Positions 25,386 to 37,824 are shown, numbered from the stretch's first letter. The stretch: 39,812 nt of DNA from Octopus bimaculoides (GCF_001194135.2 NC_068984.1:42280391-42320202); one strand, 5' to 3'. Notes: generated from the sequence alone by a model not told the origin. Made by a program: numbers and translations.

Positions 25386-27550
25386 AATTCAACAACAATG
25401 ATAATGACTTCGAAGAAGAGTAGAAGGCATCGAATATTGGTGGATGGAGCAGTCAATTATATTGATCATAGTACTTGAGTTTCACTTATTTTATAAATAG
25501 ATTTATTTAGATTATTTTTCAAAGAAGTTTGCAAAAGTAATCTAAATATCAGAATATCATCTGTGCCATTAACACATTTGCAATGTACGCCATAACATAT
25601 GGTTCTATAGCATTGGACTGGAACATAAATGACTTGGATTCTATGGACCGTGTATATTTTCTTTAGAAATATATGTAAAGCATTACTATTACATAAAAAG
25701 TCTTACGAAGATGACTTCATGTAGAAGACGTGGCAGGAGGTGGTCATTGAATGTCAAGGAGCAGTTTAAGAAGGCCATTATTAGTGTTTATAAAAAGCAG
25801 AGTCTGAGGAACCTAGTTGTGTTCTGCGTTAGCAAAGATTATGCTATCAGGATTATGAGATTGGAACAGTTTGATAATTCCAAAATTGTACATTCCTCTT
25901 CTGTTCATTATGTACGACCTTACCCACACTCATAGTTATTAAGTATGTTCACTATATCTTCTCAACTTTAGAATAATTAAAATCTAAATTAAAAAAAAAA
26001 TATGTCAACATAAAATGATATACTGATTATAGATAACACGGTCGAAGTTAAGAACGAGAAAAAGAGGGAGAGGGAGAGGGAGAGAGAGAGAGAGATAGAG
26101 AGAGAGAAAGAGGGAACATAAACTTAAAGTAACGATAAAGTTCCTAAAACTCGTAGCAAAATTTTCCTGGAATGGCAGTCTACCATCTTATAAAGGGGAA
26201 AATGTATTAGATAGTATACTCTTAGCTATGTTGCATCTGAAGCTGAGATCGAACGGTCGTAGTAGAAATGCCTGTAACGATTGAGCATCTTGTTCAAGAA
26301 TGACCAAGAGTTAACCACAAAAACAACCATCAGGGCTTTCCTTTGCATGGTCTATATTCCGTAAAATGAATAATCTACAAATAAATAGAAGTACAGGCCA
26401 GGATAAAGAAACCCAGCCTAAAGAAACCCAGCCTAAACGCAACGTCTGGATACAGGAATAAATTTCATTATCAAGAGTATCGAGAAAGCATGCATAAATA
26501 CATACATATACATATGCACGCATATGCGCGCGTATTCATGTCATGTGTGTATGTATGCATGTATGTATATATGTTTGTATGTATGCATGTATTTCTTTTG
26601 AATAAATGGCATTTCATCTTGATGGCATATTTTCTACTCTAAGAAAAAATATTTTACATAGATTCAAGTTAATCTACATTTCCGCGAAATACTTCAAAAC
26701 TCTATAACATATCAGCTCTTTCCGGTCACTGCGTTTGAACATTTAAGAGAAAAAGTCAAAGTCAAAAAGCCTTATAGGGTATATATGAATCTGAACCGGT
26801 CTTAGAATATGAATATAGTACAAGCACTTACCATACAAACAACAACTGGATTTTAAAGAATAAACCTGATAATAATTTTCTTTAAAATTTACGAAATTAT
26901 ATTAATGAATGACACAGCAATATCAAATGTATATAATGTGCTAAAGCTAGCTGCAATTAAGAGGAATTGTATTGATATGAGTGTTGAATTAAAAGCATTA
27001 TAACAGCTAAATGAAGGCTTGAAAAGGTTTGGTGGTTAGGTTGTTTGGTTCCTGATAATTAGGGCATGAGTTTAGTTTCTGGACCGGACAGCTCACCTCG
27101 TTGTGTTCTTGTGCAAGGCGCTTGCTTTACCGTCTAGGTTGTGAACGAGCACAAGCTGAATACTGGTGTAGCATCTCACCGCCTCTCTCTCTCTCTTTCT
27201 CCAGCCGCCTCAAGCTGGATGTGCCGCTGTGTCAGAAAGGAGGGAGGAGTGAGTGTTTATGTCTGCTTGCGAATTCTTAGACAACTAAAACAGCAAAAGC
27301 AAGGTACGTTACCAAGCCATATTCGATTACAGCTGACGGTTTTCTGTATTATAATTAAAGAATATGTCCATTCTTGGAATAATACACAACCATTTCTGCA
27401 GAGACATTGGAAAGTTACATCTATAGTCCTAGACATAGGCACCTTCCAGAAAATAGTAATTATAGAATGTATAAATATTGTTACGCCATCCTCAGAGAGC
27501 GATTTTTAATCTTGAACAAATTTATACGTTTTCCAACATGTATCTAATTA

Positions 27551-27726
27551 CAGTTCTATATTTAAGAGATGAGAAATTACGTACATTATTTACATTTGAC
27601 GGATATTTGTCCTCATCTTGTTTGTTGTTAACACGTTTCGGCTGATATACCCTCCAGCCTTCATCAAGTGTCTTGGGGAAATTTCGAACCTGGGTTCTCA
27701 TTCCTAAGGTATTTTTTCGATGTTGC

Positions 27727-27727
<1 letters not shown>
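27551..27727 (-). mobile_element. Short Penelope-like repeat carrying a degenerate hammerhead-ribozyme motif
   Basis: Minus strand GACAC-TTGATGA-AGGCTG-GAGGGTATAT-CAGCC-GAAAC-GTGTT; abuts the (ATT)n tract. Confidence 0.6.

Positions 27728-27811
<84 letters not shown>
27728..27811 (+). repeat. (ATT)n microsatellite
   Basis: Direct reading. Confidence 0.98.
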
Positions 27812-27812
<1 letters not shown>

Positions 27813-27889
27813 GCCCACGGGCATATGGTGTAGTGGTTAAAAGCACGGGCTACTAACACCAAGATTCCGTGTTCGATTCCAGGCAGTGG
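27812..27889 (+). mobile_element. Short tRNA-derived SINE or tRNA pseudogene with (AAT)n tail
   Basis: A-box TGGTGTAGTGG, B-box GTTCGATTCC; acceptor stem does not pair. Confidence 0.65.
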
Positions 27890-27920
<31 letters not shown>

Positions 27921-28077
27921 CAACAACAACAACATAGAAAAATATTAATAATCATAATAATACCGCTGGACGTGACAGCGGCTGGACGTTTCTTCGCTAC
28001 TCTGACTTGTCAGCAGCAGAAGACACAGAAACACTAATACAACCCAGCAGGATAACTGAAAAATAAATCTAAAAGAC

Positions 28078-28600
28078 TGGAATATCTACAGTTTCCTGTG
28101 AGTATTTTGAATTTCCCTCAAAATAAATTAAGGAACTTACATATCTACAGCTTTCGAACACATGAACAATCAGCTTTAAAACCTTTAATATCTACAACTT
28201 CTGTGAATGCTTATCCTTTCCTTTCCCCTGAGTATTCGAAAATGTAAACATCCTCTTTATTCGAAGAACACTACAGTTTTCTGTGTTCGGATAGACAAAA
28301 AATCATCTCCAGTAAATTTTAGAACCCTAATATCTACAATTTTCTGTGAAAAAATTTTACCTTCCTTTTCTTTTCGTTCCGTTTTCCCTGAATATTCGAA
28401 AATGTAAACATATTTTTTTTATTGCAAAAAAACAAAAAAAAAAAAAGCAAAATAAAACACCCACAGTCTTCTCTGAACAGACATATAAACGAACACTTCA
28501 AAAAATTTAGAAACTTTAATATTTCCAATCTTTCTGTCTTCCCCGATTAATAGAATATGTAAACATGCCTTTTATTACAACAACACAATTAAATGCACGA
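28078..28600 (+). repeat. Degenerate tandem repeat, ~140-190-bp units
   Basis: AATATCTACA..TTCTGTGA at 28081, 28187 and 28329 (variant at 28518); [G/A]AATGTAAACAT-type blocks at ~28240, ~28400 and ~28555. Confidence 0.7.
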
Positions 28601-29373
28601 TAAAAAATTAAGGAAGTAAGCACCTATCAATGTATACATACTGCACAACTACAAAACTGTAAACCACAGCAAAACTTTTAAAAAGAAAGAAACATTCCAA
28701 AAGAAAAAGAAAAAGAAATTCAGAAATTAAAAAATCCAACAAGGTAAACATCTCTTCCTCTTACTATTCCCAAAGACTACCAGTAATTACAAATAGAACA
28801 GGTTGAATTGCTTCTTTTCAAGGCTAAAGGAGCGCTTTCAGTGGTCACTGGCAATAGTAAACACATTTGACCTCCGCTGACCCAAAGGGTGCGAAGATTA
28901 TTTTGTCTATATGGCTGACTTCCTTACCATCTGCCGAATCTATAGACCTCCCTACCATCTGCCAACCTGTAGAATTTGATCTATTCTCCAAGCTGCTACC
29001 CAACTATTTCCGTCAACAACCACATATTTATGATTATCTCAAGTACAAGACAAAAGTGGAAAATAAAGAACATTTAGTAAAATATTTTAATAATAAATAG
29101 AAATAGTAATAATGATAATAAGAATGGTAGTGGTGGTGATGGTGTTAGGCATTAATGAGTTAGGCATTAATGAGAAAATAGAATCCAGTATTTAATTGGC
29201 CTCTTTTTTTAACATCGACTAAAGAAAAAGAGGAAAGATAAAGTTTACTCCAGTCGGACTTGAACTCAGCAATGAAAGACATTTTGTCCTTTGTCCTACT
29301 GATTCTGCCATTCAACGCCTCGTTTTCTTTTCGGAACAAAATGACGCTGTAGTCACTCATTTTGAAAACGATA

Positions 29374-29381
29374 GATGATGA

Positions 29382-29417
<36 letters not shown>

Positions 29418-29422
29418 CGATA

Positions 29423-29453
<31 letters not shown>

Positions 29454-29550
29454 GGAGGAGGAGGAGGAGGAGGAGGAGGAGGATGACGATGATGATGATG
29501 ACGACGTTGATGATGACGATGATGATAACGATGATGATGACAACGACGAT
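29374..29550 (+). repeat. Compound (GAT/GAC/GAG)n microsatellite
   Basis: Direct reading. Confidence 0.95.
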
Positions 29551-30759
29551 AAAGATGGGATTTGTAATCAGAACTGATTACTGAAAGTATAATATTGTGT
29601 TAACACTTAATAGAAATGCTAGATATTTGTGCCGTTCGAGTATTAACGACTGACGTCGATTCTGTTGACTTAATTCGTATAATGATAACATCATATAATT
29701 ACTCAACGTTTGTAATATAAACCCAGTTGATTGGAAAAAAAAGCAACAACAGAAGATTGAGTACATTCATCATTTCTGTTTTGTAAAATGCATTAAATCA
29801 ATTTTCTCTCACTTTACGAAAGAAGTTACAAAGATCTGAACGAAGAACTAACTATGGAAATTAAAATAGGGATTAAAAAAAGAACACGTCCCGGCATGAA
29901 AATGAAGAACAGAAAAGAAAGCGTAGCGTTAAAAGAATAAATTAAGAATTGTGACTGTTGAATAGAAGAATGATGGAATGTTCTTCTATTGTCGAGCCAT
30001 GGTTAAGTTGAAATAATTTACAGACTGCTTAAAGTAAAAATTGGGTTATGACCTTCAACTAATCCTACATCACTTATCAAAACCAAAGTTGGTGTAAGAG
30101 CTGGTGCAGAAATAATATATGCATTGGGAAATGAGAAAGGCAGTAGAAATGATGTTGAATATAGGTAAAATATAGAACTGTCATCACAGACAGGCAGATA
30201 GACAGACAGACAGACACACACACACACACGTATGCGTATGTGTTTGTAAATGTATGCATATATGTGTATGTTTGTTTGTAGATGTATATACACGTGTGTG
30301 CGTGCGTGTATACATGTATGTAAATATATTTATTCATACATAAATATATGCATACATATACATACATATAAATATATACATATACATACATATAAACATA
30401 CAAATATATGCGTATACATATAAATGCATATAAACATATACAAATATATGCATATACATATAAATGCATATATTTATACATATATATACTTATAAATACA
30501 TACATATATATGTATGTAAGTACGTATGTATGTATGTATGTATGTATTTATGCATGCATGCATGTATATATGTATGCATGCATAACATTCAAAGGAGTGA
30601 TTGCCAGCATACTAAATGTAATGAATAGGTTTTGAAATAGAAGAAAAGTTATCTAGAAAAGACAGTGGAATCTTGAAAGATTTATGAAATTTTTCACTCA
30701 GTAAACTGCTAAGTAATTACAAACAAACAAGATGAATTGGTATGATGAATTAAAAATAT

Positions 30760-31250
30760 AGGAAAGCCATATTATAGAAATTTGCAACTACAGTTTGAAA
30801 GATAATAAGCCGTCAGTTTGCTGGAAATGAAAGAAGCTACAGTTACAGATTGAATATTAATAAGAACAGGCAGATATATTTATAAAACTTAGGGCTAGTA
30901 ATTAGGGAAAGTAAAACTACAAAAATCTTGTAATTTGCAACGAATGCTTAGAATTGCTGAAAGGCTCAGAGAGAAAGTAAAATCTAGAATATGTGAAAAT
31001 TGATGTTAAAATCATTTCACAATACCATGTAAACATGAGGATTTTGATTGCACCAAAGAATGATCATATTTTAAAGTTAGTGTTAAAAACTCTTGAGATA
31101 TATTTATAAAGCAATAGGTTTCGTAATAGAGTATTGAGTTAGCATTACTTTCTTAGCTGAAGACTATTACTGAGGGAAATAAACACTAGAAGTGTTTGCC
31201 TGGGCTCCAGGTGTAGATTTATGCTGCACATATTACTGAAGAAACATACT
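30760..31250 (+). mobile_element. Possible extremely decayed LINE RT (RTE-like)
   Basis: Only faint peptides (NLQRMLRIAE, DVKIISQ, ILKLVLKTLEIY) in roughly RT order. Confidence 0.2.
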
Positions 31251-31374
31251 AGTCAACATGGTGAATAGTACGCTGAAGTAGTACCAGGCAGGATACACAG
31301 TTTGTTAAAGCAACATCAGGTACAGAGCTGAAAGTTATACAAACCTTTTTGGAAGTTTTTTATTCTGATTACAT

Positions 31375-31589
31375 ATTGGTTTCTAATTTTGGCTCAAGGC
31401 CAGAAATTTCAGTGGATGAGGTGAGTCGATTACATTGACCCTAATGTGCAGCTGGTAATTATTTTATCGACCACACATGTACGAAAGACAAAGTGGACTT
31501 CGGTGGAACTTGAACTCAGAACGTAAACACGGACGAAATGCCGCTGAATATTTTGCTCGGCGTGCTAATGATTCTGCAAGCTCGCCACC
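31375..31589 (-). mobile_element. SINE family A (tail A3), full length
   Basis: Reverse complement of head GGTGGCGAGCTTGCAGAATCATTAGC and tail GAGCCAAAATTAGAAACCAATAT. Confidence 0.9.
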
Positions 31590-32016
31590 GTTTCATGATT
31601 ATATATTACTAGAAAAGGACAATCGTCAGTTAAAGAGGTTCTACATTGTTATCCAATTTGATAGAAGTAGTAGCGAAATAATATCGTGCGTTTTAAAAAA
31701 GGTACCATTGGATAATGGATTTCTAATCTACAAAGTAAATAACTAAATAAATACAAGGCAAAATGGTTGTAGATGCAACGCTCTGAAGAGTTGTGGATAA
31801 TCTGGAATGAACAACGACATCAATAACAGCAACAACAACGGCAACAACAATAATAAAATTAACATGAAAATAATATTCAGAAAATGTTGAGTACGATTAA
31901 AAAGAAGGCAAATAGAAATATCAGAAAACAGCACTTTGTGGATTGTGCAATGCATCAGACAGACAAATCCATAAATTGCAATAGAGGCAAATAATATACA
32001 ACAATATTAATATAAT

Positions 32017-32220
32017 CCTTTCTGTTATAGGCCTGGAATTTTGGGGAAGGATGCTAGTCGATTACATCCACCCCAGTATTTGCCCGCTATTTATTTTATC
32101 GACCCAAAAAGTATGGAAGACACAATCGACCAGGTCGGAATTTGAACTCAGATCGTAAATACGGACGAAATGCCGCTAAGTATTTGCCCAGTGTGCTAAC
32201 GATACTGCCAGCTCGCCGTC
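32017..32220 (-). mobile_element. SINE family A (tail A1-like)
   Basis: Reverse complement of head GACGGCGAGCTGGCAGTATCGTTAGC and B-box GAGTTCAAATTCC. Confidence 0.88.
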
Positions 32221-32585
32221 TTGCAAGGTTAATATAATACGGTAAAATGAATATAATTCTACATTAAAGTTAATATGCATTTACATTAGAACTCACGTGA
32301 TGATTCGGGTAGTTGATACCGAAAATCTGAATGTTGTAACAGAAAAAGAAAAAAAAAATAGTACCTGAACAATGATAAAAGAACCTAAAAGCTGGGGTTG
32401 CGCCAACATGGTCTGAAATAAATGAAAGTGTAAAACAAAAAAAAAACGTCTGAAATAATAAAAAAAATATGGAGAAATATTTTTTGTGCTTCAAGAACAA
32501 TAGGTTTACGTGACACACAAAACTTATCGTTAAAAATGACTGAAAGAAAGAAACGCATTTCAAATATATATTTTAAGCATTACTA

Positions 32586-32832
32586 TTGGGGTTGTCCGGA
32601 AAGTTCGTGCCGATTTTTAAAGGAGAGAAAAAGGTCAATAAATACTTGCCATTACATTTTTAATGAACCAAATATGAACCATTTTGTTGCACAATACGTC
32701 TTCATCTTTCCTTTAACTTAAAAATACCCTCTTCCCAGAATTGAGGTGGTTTCATGGCAAAGAATTCATCAAGGTATTTTTTACGTCATCAAAGGAATTG
32801 AAATCTTTTCCATTAAGACTATTCTGAGAACG
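32586..32832 (-). mobile_element. Mariner 3' end (transposase C-terminus and TIR)
   Basis: TA at 32584-85, then TIR TTGGGGTTGTCCGGAAAGTTCGTGCCGATTT; minus strand reads RSQNSLNGKDFNSFDDVKNTLDEFFAMKPPQFWEEGIFKLKERWRRIVQQNGSY. Confidence 0.9.
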
Positions 32833-33572
32833 TTGGACAACTTCCAAAAGTCCTTAACCTGGCAATGCTACAGAGGTGCCTTGCCCGTTTGGTATAAGCT
32901 CGTAAGACACGGTAAGCGTCAGTCGCCGACCTTTCCAAGATGCGGGGGACACAGGGAAACCGTCTCCCACGTTATTGTTCAGTGTCCAGAGATATCTAAA
33001 ATGTAGGCTTATGCTGAACACCTGTTGTCTGGCGAAGGAAGAGTACAGCTGTCAACTGTGTCAATTATAAAAATTGACCCACCAGGAGTTTTAACCAACG
33101 AAGGTAAGAATTGTTTTCTCACGGTTGTAGCAATAGCGAAAGAAGTAGTATGGAAGACTAGGATAAAAGGAATTAAGACAGGCAAGTTTATCTCTGGCCA
33201 CAATTTAGATCATTTTTTACTTTTCATTTGAAAAGGAAGATGTGGCTGGAGAAGAGATGTCTGTCGGTGTACGTTCTAAAAGAGATGGAAGCATGTTGCA
33301 CGAGTGTTGTGCGTGCAGGGAACTGTGTGAATAGACGGGAAAAAAAGAACAAAAAAAAAGGTACCAGCGATAGATCGGGGCTTGTGGAGTTGGAGCATGG
33401 CCTGATCATCGCTTCATTTGTATTGTCCCTGTATTGTTAATTTCATCCGATTTTTTATATTTTATTTAATTTTTAAAAGTCACACTTAACGTAAAATCAT
33501 ATCGCATTACTGATCCCATCAGTTGTTCTGTCCATTTCTATGTTTAGCCCCCGGTGGGCAGTAAAGAAATTG
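32833..33572 (+). mobile_element. 3' part of the L1/Tx1-clade LINE (zinc-binding C-terminus, 3' UTR, tail), inverted relative to its 5' part
   Basis: LDNFQKSLTWQCYRGALPV..RCGGHRETVSHVIVQCP..AIAKEVVWKTR..HLKRKMWLE; tail GTGGGCAGTAAAGAAAT followed by a TSD. Confidence 0.88.
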
Positions 33573-33752
33573 GTATTTCGTCTGCCGTTACGTTCTGAGC
33601 TCAAATTCCGCCGAGGTCGACTTTGCTATTCATCCTTTCGGGGTCGATAAATTAAGTATCAGTTACGCACTGGGGTCGATGTAATCGACTTAATCCCTTT
33701 GTCAGTCTATGTTTGTCCCCCTCTATGTTTAGCACCTTGTGGGCAATAAAGA
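33573..33752 (+). mobile_element. Body and tail (type A2) of a SINE A copy whose head is at 37825-37884 (-)
   Basis: Begins mid-element at GTATTTCGTCTG, where the detached head ends. Confidence 0.88.
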
Positions 33753-33759
33753 AAAAAAC

Positions 33760-33955
33760 GAAACATTAGCACGCCGGGCGAAATGCTTACCGGTATGTCG
33801 TCTGCCTTTGCGTTCTGAGTTCAAATTCCGCCCAAGTCGACTTTGCCTTTTATCCTTTCGGGTCGATAAATTAAGTACTAGTTACGTACTGGGGTTGATC
33901 TAATCGACTGGCCCCCTCCCCCAAAATTTCGGGCCTTGTGCCTACAGTAGAAAAG
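33760..33955 (+). mobile_element. SINE family A (tail A1) lacking its first ~15 nt
   Basis: GAAACATTAGCACGCCGGGCG...GGGCCTTGTGCCTACAGTAGAAAAG, followed by a TSD at 33957-33972. Confidence 0.9.
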
Positions 33956-34448
33956 CCTATTTGAATCGCATGTCCTTTATGAGGTATCCCTTCTGTTCAC
34001 GAGGCGTTATGCGAATTCATCGAACATTACTTAACTGACCTCTGTTCTCAATTTCAACGGAGAGGATTTTTTTCATTAGTGCTTAATTAACATCAACATT
34101 ACAATGACTGGTTTTCTTTAAATTCAGAATTATCTTATTTCATTTAATAGCTTTATACACAGCATCATTCAATTTTGCAGTTAGAATTTCACGGCAAGTT
34201 ATAACATTTGTAAATAATACTCTTTTAATGGAGCTGCAGTTGGGGATTTCCACTTTATTATTTTTCGACATTGGATCGTTATCTGTCTTTGAGTTATTTC
34301 AAGGCCTATTTGACATTGGTTAGAACTGCCTATATCATGCCAGCGTTTCTGCAGTCATTGGGAATTTCTATGTTGCTTTTTCCCCCAGAGTTTACGACGC
34401 AATGTTTGCATTTTTCAGCATGTTTAAATGTCTTTTCAGGTTTTAGTA

Positions 34449-34576
34449 TTGGGTTGTCCGGAAAGTTCTTGCCGATTTATAGTAGCTTACCTTTCGACTT
34501 ATTTTAGAACATGGTTGAGTCCATAAAATAGGATTGGACTGCACCTCCATTTAGAGCACAGTTTAAGCTATCTTTT
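34449..34576 (+). mobile_element. Mariner 5' end (TIR and 5' UTR), same family as 32586-32832
   Basis: TA at 34447-48, then TIR TTGGGTTGTCCGGAAAGTTCTTGCCGATTT; non-coding interior differs from the 32586 end. Confidence 0.8.
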
Positions 34577-34579
34577 GAT

Positions 34580-36508
34580 TGTCTGTTCCCTCCATCCAGC
34601 GCCCAACAACGCTGTCTGAAGGCATTGACTTGCTAACCCAGGTGCCGAGCTGCAAGCCGACCGACTTTTCCCTGTTAATCTTTGCTCCTGCCACCTCCTC
34701 GTAAGCCTCAATAGTCTTAATCACTTCACGTAGGCATGCTACTGAGGTTACGGTGATAGTGATATCATCCACGTAAGCCGTAATAAACTCCTCTAGATCT
34801 GGTTCTCTCGGAATGCCACTCAACCTTCGCAGTAGGGGCTCGAGAGCCACCACATACAAAAGTGGTGAGAGCGTACATCCTTGACGAACCTAGCACCTGA
34901 TGCAGAACGGCTTCGAAAGGAAACCGTTCACCGGAACTATCGAGTCAATGTTGTGGTACAAGGAGATAAACTACCTGAGGAAGCCAAGGCCCTGGCCAAA
35001 CCGCACAAGCACAGTCGCCAAGTATCGATGATCAACCCTATCAAAAACTTTAGACTGGTCCAAATGTACCAATGCCCCACCTTTGCCAGATTTATTACCA
35101 ACCCTCTCTATGGTATAGTGAATAAGATGGTGGGCATTCTGAATGGTTCTGCCTGGGATGGCACATGTCTGTGCCTCCCCGACTATACCATTCGCGACAC
35201 GCGCCAACCTTTTTGCTAAGACTTTGGCCAAAATCTTCACTTCTGCGTTTAACAGAATGATGGGCCTGAAATTCTCTATAACGTCCCCCTTGTCCGGGTC
35301 CTTTCTGACCTATGTCACTACTCGCCGGCGCACAGATATGGGGATAAACCCATTCTGTTGCCAGTTCGCGTACACGTCAGCCAGTAGATGCCCGAGCAAG
35401 TCTGGCATACATTTATACAGCTCGTACGGAAGACCATCAAGTCCCGGCGACTTACCCGCTTTACAGTCGGCCAAAGCCTCCATCACCTCCAAAGGCGTGA
35501 TTGGTCCTTCACAAGACTCCGCATCCAACCCTGAGAGACATGGCAGCCCGACAAGAAAGTCCTAGAGGGCACTCTCACCACCAGGACCGCCGTCACCCCC
35601 GAACAGCTGGGCGAAGTACTCCCGAAAGGCCTCACACATTTTCTTGGGTTCGTTTACCAATACACCATTTTGATTCGTCAAAGACCGAATAGTGGAACTG
35701 TTTCGTTGCCGAGCTTCCACCACTCGGGCCCATCCAGCGGCCTTGATTCCTTCACTTCCCATCGCACGTAACTTAGCTCTGGAAATACTTCCCATGTGTT
35801 GGGCTTCAAGATGCTGGTTTAATTCCAGTCTTTTCACCCTCGCTTGGTCCGCATTACCAGTCCTCCAGGCTTCTTCAACTTCCTTAACTAGACCATCTCC
35901 TATTCTACGTCCCTTCTTAGCTAAACTTATGCTAAACCTAATAGACTCATATTTGATGGCTCTTTATAGGGCGTACCACCATTTGTTATTAATGATGGTA
36001 CCTGTTAAAGCCCTCTGTATTAACATCTCGATCTACTTTCTATACTACTCAATCGCCAAAAGGGACGTATTGAGTTTCCAGTAGCCAGATCCCTGACTAT
36101 GCAACTTATCTACCGTCAGTTTACAAGTAACCATCTTGTGGTCACTGTAGCTGCCTAGAAAAAATTGTGGACACTCGGCTATGGACTTATCTGTTTCTCT
36201 AATTAAAATCCTATCTAGATATATTCTGGAAAACCCATCATTATTTGACAACGTCCACAGGGGAGTGTTCGGGTGTTCCGACCTATATGGATCTGCTAGC
36301 TGAAAGTGACTTAGCAGATCTCGTAAGCCTGGGTTACATCTTCTGTTCATGTTCGAGCCAACACAATCTGTGTATGCGTCACATATTGTGTTAAAGTCTC
36401 CTAACAATACTAGCGAATGCGACGTGGCCAGGAACTTGCCCAGGTCACGAAAATATTCACTTTGCGGGCCCATAATGTTGGGTGCATAAATAGCGACCGA
36501 CTAGCCTG
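34580..36508 (-). pseudogene. Disrupted ORF2 (APE endonuclease and reverse transcriptase)
   Basis: IYAP, LLGDFN, YLDRIL, SDHKMV, YWKLNTSLL; GKSPGLDGLP, NFRPIILLN..KILAKVLA, LDQSKVFDRVDH, VRQGC.LSPLLY, YVDDITI, GAKINREKS; several in-frame stops. Confidence 0.93.
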
Positions 36509-36888
36509 NNNNNNNNNNNNNNNNNNNNNNNNNNNNNNNNNNNNNNNNNNNNNNNNNNNNNNNNNNNNNNNNNNNNNNNNNNNNNNNNNNNNNNNNNNNN
36601 NNNNNNNNNNNNNNNNNNNNNNNNNNNNNNNNNNNNNNNNNNNNNNNNNNNNNNNNNNNNNNNNNNNNNNNNNNNNNNNNNNNNNNNNNNNNNNNNNNNN
36701 NNNNNNNNNNNNNNNNNNNNNNNNNNNNNNNNNNNNNNNNNNNNNNNNNNNNNNNNNNNNNNNNNNNNNNNNNNNNNNNNNNNNNNNNNNNNNNNNNNNN
36801 NNNNNNNNNNNNNNNNNNNNNNNNNNNNNNNNNNNNNNNNNNNNNNNNNNNNNNNNNNNNNNNNNNNNNNNNNNNNNNNNNNNNNNNN

Positions 36889-37576
36889 AATTTTCTCTTC
36901 CTGTTTGATTAAGACTGCCGCCACCAACCACATAGGATCCACTTCCGGTGGGACCCTTGTGATTTTAATTCTGGACGTTCTCATCCCCATATAGGTGGGG
37001 ATGAAAACCACGTCGTCCGTTTTCAGTGTTTCTACTGAATGTTTTTGTGCAATTTCTTTGTTGGTAAACCTTACTTCCACCGTACCAAATTTCCTGCCTC
37101 TTGTCAGATAAACATGTCACTCCAGATTGGTTTCAGGCACTTCTCTATCTTCTCTTCTGTAATTTTCTTAATTTTTCTTTTTTGGAAACAGTATGTTTTA
37201 AATATTGTTTTTTGTTTTTCTTCTAATAGTAATTTCTCCGGTGGTTGTATTTTAACCACGTTATCGTTTATTTGCATCATTTCACAGTGTTTCATGAAAT
37301 CACACTTATTCGTCGAAAGCAGCCGGGTTCTACCCCCAGCTGCCAACTCAAAACTTTTTTTTCTTTTTTCGGTTGTTCAGTTTGGATGCTAGGTGCATCA
37401 ATTATTCTTTTGGACACAATACTTTTGTTTTTTTGGCAAACTCGGGAATTCTTCTAGTGAAAGTTCTGATGAGCTTTCAGACACATCTCCAAATATTCAT
37501 ACATTTTGTCATTCTTTTTTGCAACGGGGGAATGAAAAATTCCATTGTTCGTAGTTGGCTCCTCGCCAGACAACAT
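36889..37576 (-). pseudogene. Disrupted ORF1 of the L1/Tx1-like LINE
   Basis: Upstream of ORF2 on the same strand; VRF...FIPTYMGMRTSRIKITRVPPEVDPMWLVAAV resembles the Tx1-type ORF1 RRM-like region. Confidence 0.7.
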
Positions 37577-37824
37577 GTAATTCTTCCTTTCAACAGGTGA
37601 AACAAACAGGTGAAACAAGGCTCCTCGTTAGACGACATTCTTCCCCCCAACGGGGGAATGAACAACGCGTGCTTTCTACAAGCACTTATTGTTTTCAAAT
37701 GAAAACTCCAACAGTTAAGAAATTCAACAATTTAACAAAAAACAGCAGTTATTATCAATATTAACACTAAGAAACAGCAATTTTCACCACGAACATATGT
37801 GCGACGCGTAAGAAACAAAAGACA

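Larger units (their letters stand above)
34579..37824 (-). mobile_element. 5' part of an L1/Tx1-clade LINE (5' UTR, ORF1, APE, RT)
   Basis: ORF1 and ORF2 remnants in LINE order; 5' end abuts the TSD at 37825-37836; gap at 36509-36888. Confidence 0.93.

Noticed and set aside
27812-27889. Functional tRNA gene
   Set aside because: The acceptor stem does not pair, the anticodon stem is imperfect, and an (AAT)n tail follows instead of a T-run terminator.
27972-27984. 13-nt match GTGACAGCGGCTG to the 3' half of miR-210
   Set aside because: The seed is absent and there is no precursor-size hairpin.
28911-28979. MADFLTICRIYRPP, resembling a LINE APE motif
   Set aside because: Single short motif with no GDFN or SDH nearby.
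29362-29577. Acidic poly-D/E ORF
   Set aside because: Compound microsatellite with no flanking coding signal.
35143-36084. Plus-strand ORFs of 140 and 130 aa
   Set aside because: Antisense shadows of LINE ORF2.
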